A DNA stretch of 64,000 bases, taken from NCBI GenBank assembly GCA_048013815.1, contig CM106585.1, positions 20,832,001-20,896,000 of the forward strand, in the 5' to 3' direction. Below the pieces are notes generated by a model. That model did no database searches and had not been told where the DNA came from. It saw nothing but the letters and a program-made list of their open reading frames with translations. This DNA is from Setoptus koraiensis (lineage: Eukaryota; Animalia; Arthropoda). Both the position numbers and the translations under genes were made by a program. Each line of letters starts with the position of its first letter. Within the stretch, counting starts at the first letter, position 1. Shown one piece after another: positions 62,194 through 64,000 of the stretch.

Positions 62194-64000
62194 TGCGGTG
62201 GTGATTGCAGCTCGGTCTTGCCAGCCAAATAATCAGGCTGACAAGCGAGCGTGCATGCGAGGATATGTGCGGATATGTGGGCATTTGCGCGGATATTTGG
62301 GCATGTGTGTGCGGATATGTGAGCGCATGTGGGTGAGAAAGCAAACAATCAAAATGGGCTTAAGTGTTGATATATATTGCTTGCCAACTGCTGTTCACTG
62401 TTTAATAGTCGGCTAAAACTTGCACGCCTCTAAATGGATTCAATTGTTGTGTTATTTATGAACAACCAATCACCTGCACACCGACATACGGCCTCGTATT
62501 GGTAGTGGGGCCCCAACACGAGGCCCCACTACCAAAACCCAACACCAAAACCCAATACCAAAACCCAGTACGAGGCCCCGGGTTATGTGGCGTGTGCGAC
62601 ACGCTGTCAGACGAATTAACGTTTTGATTAAAAGTGTGCGCCAGCACAGGTGAAAAGCACGCCAGCGATCTAGCCAATGAGTGTGGCACAGACAACGACT
62701 TGCTGTTGGCTGTTGCTTGTTACTTGCTGCACAGCTCGTCACAAGTCGCTGTGCCAGACTCATTTCGGCATTCGATATTGGGGCCCCAATAAAACGCGCG
62801 CCCAATGATGCGCCGATTCATTTTGGGGCGGCGCACAGCAAACTGGCCCCACTTGATCATGGTCGTTGCTGCGTGCGTCTTGCGAGCCAGTGTGGCCTCT
62901 CAATTATTGCCTCACCATTATTGGCGCCGTGTCGCCCCATTGGAACGACCATACAACAGCATGTCTGAGAGAAGTAAATAAATATTGAATTTTAAGATTG
63001 CCCCCCCCCTCACTCACACACACACACACGCACACACACACTGACAGGCACAGACACACACACACGCACAACTGCTGCAGGGGCGAGATATTCGAGCGGT
63101 TTTGGGTTTGGAGCAACTGCGGAACAAGTGGGCTGGAAATTGACGAAATTTCTTGGTTGCTCGGCACACATATTGGCCCCATCATGAACGCGCAAAACTG
63201 TGCGTACTGCTAGCGGGAGCCCCGTCGCCGGGGGCTCTTTTTGGGTCGGTGGGGCCCGGGGTCGTGTTTGGACTGGCTGCCAGCGGTCGCTATTATATAA
63301 TCATGGGCGTTTTGTGGCGCCAGCCCCTCAGCCAGCCAGGATATGTGCTGGCTGAGGGGCGAATTTTGCCGGAACGAGCGCAGAAAACTTGAGTCACTCG
63401 GCTTGTGAGTTTAGTCATTTAGTTGGCAGACGGAATGTTGGCAGCGAGCGAGCCGACAGCAACAACAAAATTGATTAAAAAAAAGCGGATTGACCAAATC
63501 ACACACACACCGTGTTGTCACTGGTCATTTCTATCGTGTCACATTTATTATTCTTTATTCGCGTGCGTGCCACGGATGCGGTGAGATGGATGCGATAAAA
63601 TGAAGTAAAGAATAAGATGAAATAAGATAAAACAATAGAATGGAATGGTATGGAATAAAGACGCAGCAAAATGTGAAAGAAAGTGAGGTTGAAAATTGCA
63701 TTTGTCACGGCGCAAAAAGTGACGAAAACTCACCGAGAATGTTGAGCTTGGTTTGCGTGAGACTGGGGCACTTGGCCCCATAACCGCCGCTATACGTAAC
63801 GACGCACTTGTAGTCGGCGTCGTCCTTCATAGTGGGCCTCTTAATGATTAACTCGTGACAATTTAACGTTGTTGTGTCGCTCATGTTAATTGATTGACAC
63901 CAGGACACTGTCGATTGTCGCTTGTGCCAGTCAAACAAATATAGTGTTTTCGTGTTGCTTGTCGTTCTGTTGTTGTTGGCAGCACTAATTGGCACGGATT
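38564..64000 (-). CDS. Neuromusculin-/Sidestep-like multi-Ig type I membrane protein (at least 8 Ig domains, no FN3 seen; 5' end beyond the window)
   Basis: Eleven exons join in phase: 64000-63734, 59397-58840, 58574-58232, 57910-57771, 50482-49787, 42831-42316, 42186-41551, 41432-41273, 41146-40941, 40842-40492 and 40344-38564. Side-type Ig2/Ig3 motifs are GPFKENAQVRLECQVSGGRPVPQVEW and CTVTGSRPPANITW..STSVLTF. Nrm-type motifs are CRAQCQPLCRIVW and FEEG..IECLAKGYPEPRYEW. TM: FLINTAIIIIVLAALIWIVYLIVIYF. Confidence 0.85.
40492..40842 (-). CDS. Multi-Ig gene exon (membrane-proximal Ig)
   Basis: APICQL..LNCDIYSYWQPVEISW..NYKCVI; bounded by TAG and GTAAGT. Confidence 0.8.
40941..41432 (-). CDS. 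Multi-Ig gene exons 41432-41273 and 41146-40941 (one Ig domain split by an intron)
   Basis: IECLAKGYPEPRYEWKY | DSHH..GQTLSIVNL..GNYTCSAINIHG; phases match. Confidence 0.85.
41551..42186 (-). CDS. Multi-Ig gene exon
   Basis: FRCRAQCQPLCRIVW..SELVI..IKCAI; bounded by TAG and GTAAGT. Confidence 0.85.
42316..42831 (-). CDS. Multi-Ig gene exon
   Basis: EQGTSISLKCD..VYWFTNDK..YKIDDFVQQNTGTYKCYI; bounded by TAG and GTATGT. Confidence 0.85.
46942..47012. repeat. 7-bp tandem repeat (GTTCAGT)n, ~10 copies
   Basis: Seen directly; two copies carry a T>C variant. Confidence 0.9.
48750..48797. repeat. (CA)n microsatellite
   Basis: Seen directly. Confidence 0.95.
48944..49019. repeat. 16-bp minisatellite (GAGAGTCGCGAGGCCC), ~4.7 copies
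   Basis: Seen directly; head-to-tail with no spacers. Confidence 0.9.
49787..50482 (-). CDS. Multi-Ig gene exon (one Ig domain with long loop insertions)
   Basis: YPPTVWL..YQLTCSF..FSWFKD..SKLLFRNVTQSHSGLYTC; bounded by CAG and GTAAGT. Confidence 0.85.
52246..52305. repeat. 12-bp degenerate tandem repeat (CGGCAGTGTTTT-like), ~5 copies
   Basis: Seen directly; copies degrade left to right. Confidence 0.8.
54424..54552. repeat. Perfect (CAACAACAG)13 compound trinucleotide array
   Basis: 54427-54543 is 13 exact 9-mers; intronic. Confidence 0.95.
57771..58574 (-). CDS. Multi-Ig gene exons 58574-58232 and 57910-57771 (Ig3)
   Basis: VKPINVSI..IKCTVTGSRPPANITWY..TYR|STSVLTFNASVRDHMAEFFCKATN. Confidence 0.85.
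57960..58037. repeat. 11-bp tandem repeat (GATAAATATGA/C)n
   Basis: Seen directly, just upstream of the 57910 acceptor. Confidence 0.8.
58840..59397 (-). CDS. Multi-Ig gene exon (Ig2)
   Basis: AYPKEADIVVNG..GPFKENAQVRLECQVSGGRPVPQVEW..SRYDLRCLFAC..LRLDVH. Confidence 0.85.
61569..61658. repeat. 15-bp minisatellite (AAATTCGTTGGGGCC), 6 copies
   Basis: Seen directly; explains the GPNEF/LGPNS repeat ORFs. Confidence 0.9.
63734..64000 (-). CDS. Multi-Ig gene exon (C-terminal half of an Ig V-type domain; may run off the window)
   Basis: LIIKRPTMKDDADYKCVVTY..TKLNIL followed by donor GTGAGT at 63733. Confidence 0.8.

Noticed and set aside
63217-63241. GC hairpin (GAGCCCCG-TCGC-CGGGGCTC) plus T5, resembling a Rho-independent terminator
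   Set aside because: It is in a eukaryotic intron with no upstream bacterial-type gene or Pol III promoter boxes; it is most likely one more small palindrome.
43000-63700. Nested gene or transposase among the ~150 intronic ORFs
   Set aside because: None shows RT, integrase, DDE or any other domain motif; they are explained by higher GC and repeats.

Overview
This is eukaryotic, spliceosomal-intron DNA, not prokaryotic. I found no rRNA, tRNA, CRISPR array, operon or transposase. The gene set (Zyxin/LPP, RpS3, PTCD2, TRAPPC2, Beat-/Side-/Nrm-type Ig proteins), short introns, strongly diverged housekeeping proteins and Q/N-rich low-complexity tracts point to an arthropod, possibly a small-genome acariform (eriophyoid-like) mite; the taxon is inference only. 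I could reconstruct 11 protein-coding genes and one pseudogene; for the spliced genes I checked GT..AG boundaries and exon phases by hand. In order: a 3-LIM Zyxin/LPP gene (+), a ~1.3k-aa disordered membrane-anchored orphan (+), a 2-Ig Beat-like gene (-), a CUB-like/LDLa/TM gene (+), a multi-PAN membrane protein (+), PTCD2 (-), RpS3 (+), TRAPPC2 (-), an inverted pseudogene and its intact secreted orphan paralog, a COA3-like gene (+), and a >25 kb neuromusculin/Sidestep-like multi-Ig gene (-, 5' truncated). The window has two architectures. A compact, repeat-free gene island (~26.3-43 kb) sits between expanded regions full of microsatellites, short tandem 'stutters' and near-perfect palindromes. 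I did not find a clear-cut new biological system. The best leads are the intronic hairpins, the GGGCCC-rich stuttered intron domain, the inverted duplicate of a secreted orphan gene, Ig domains swollen by disordered loop insertions, and the linkage of Beat-like and Side/Nrm-like genes.
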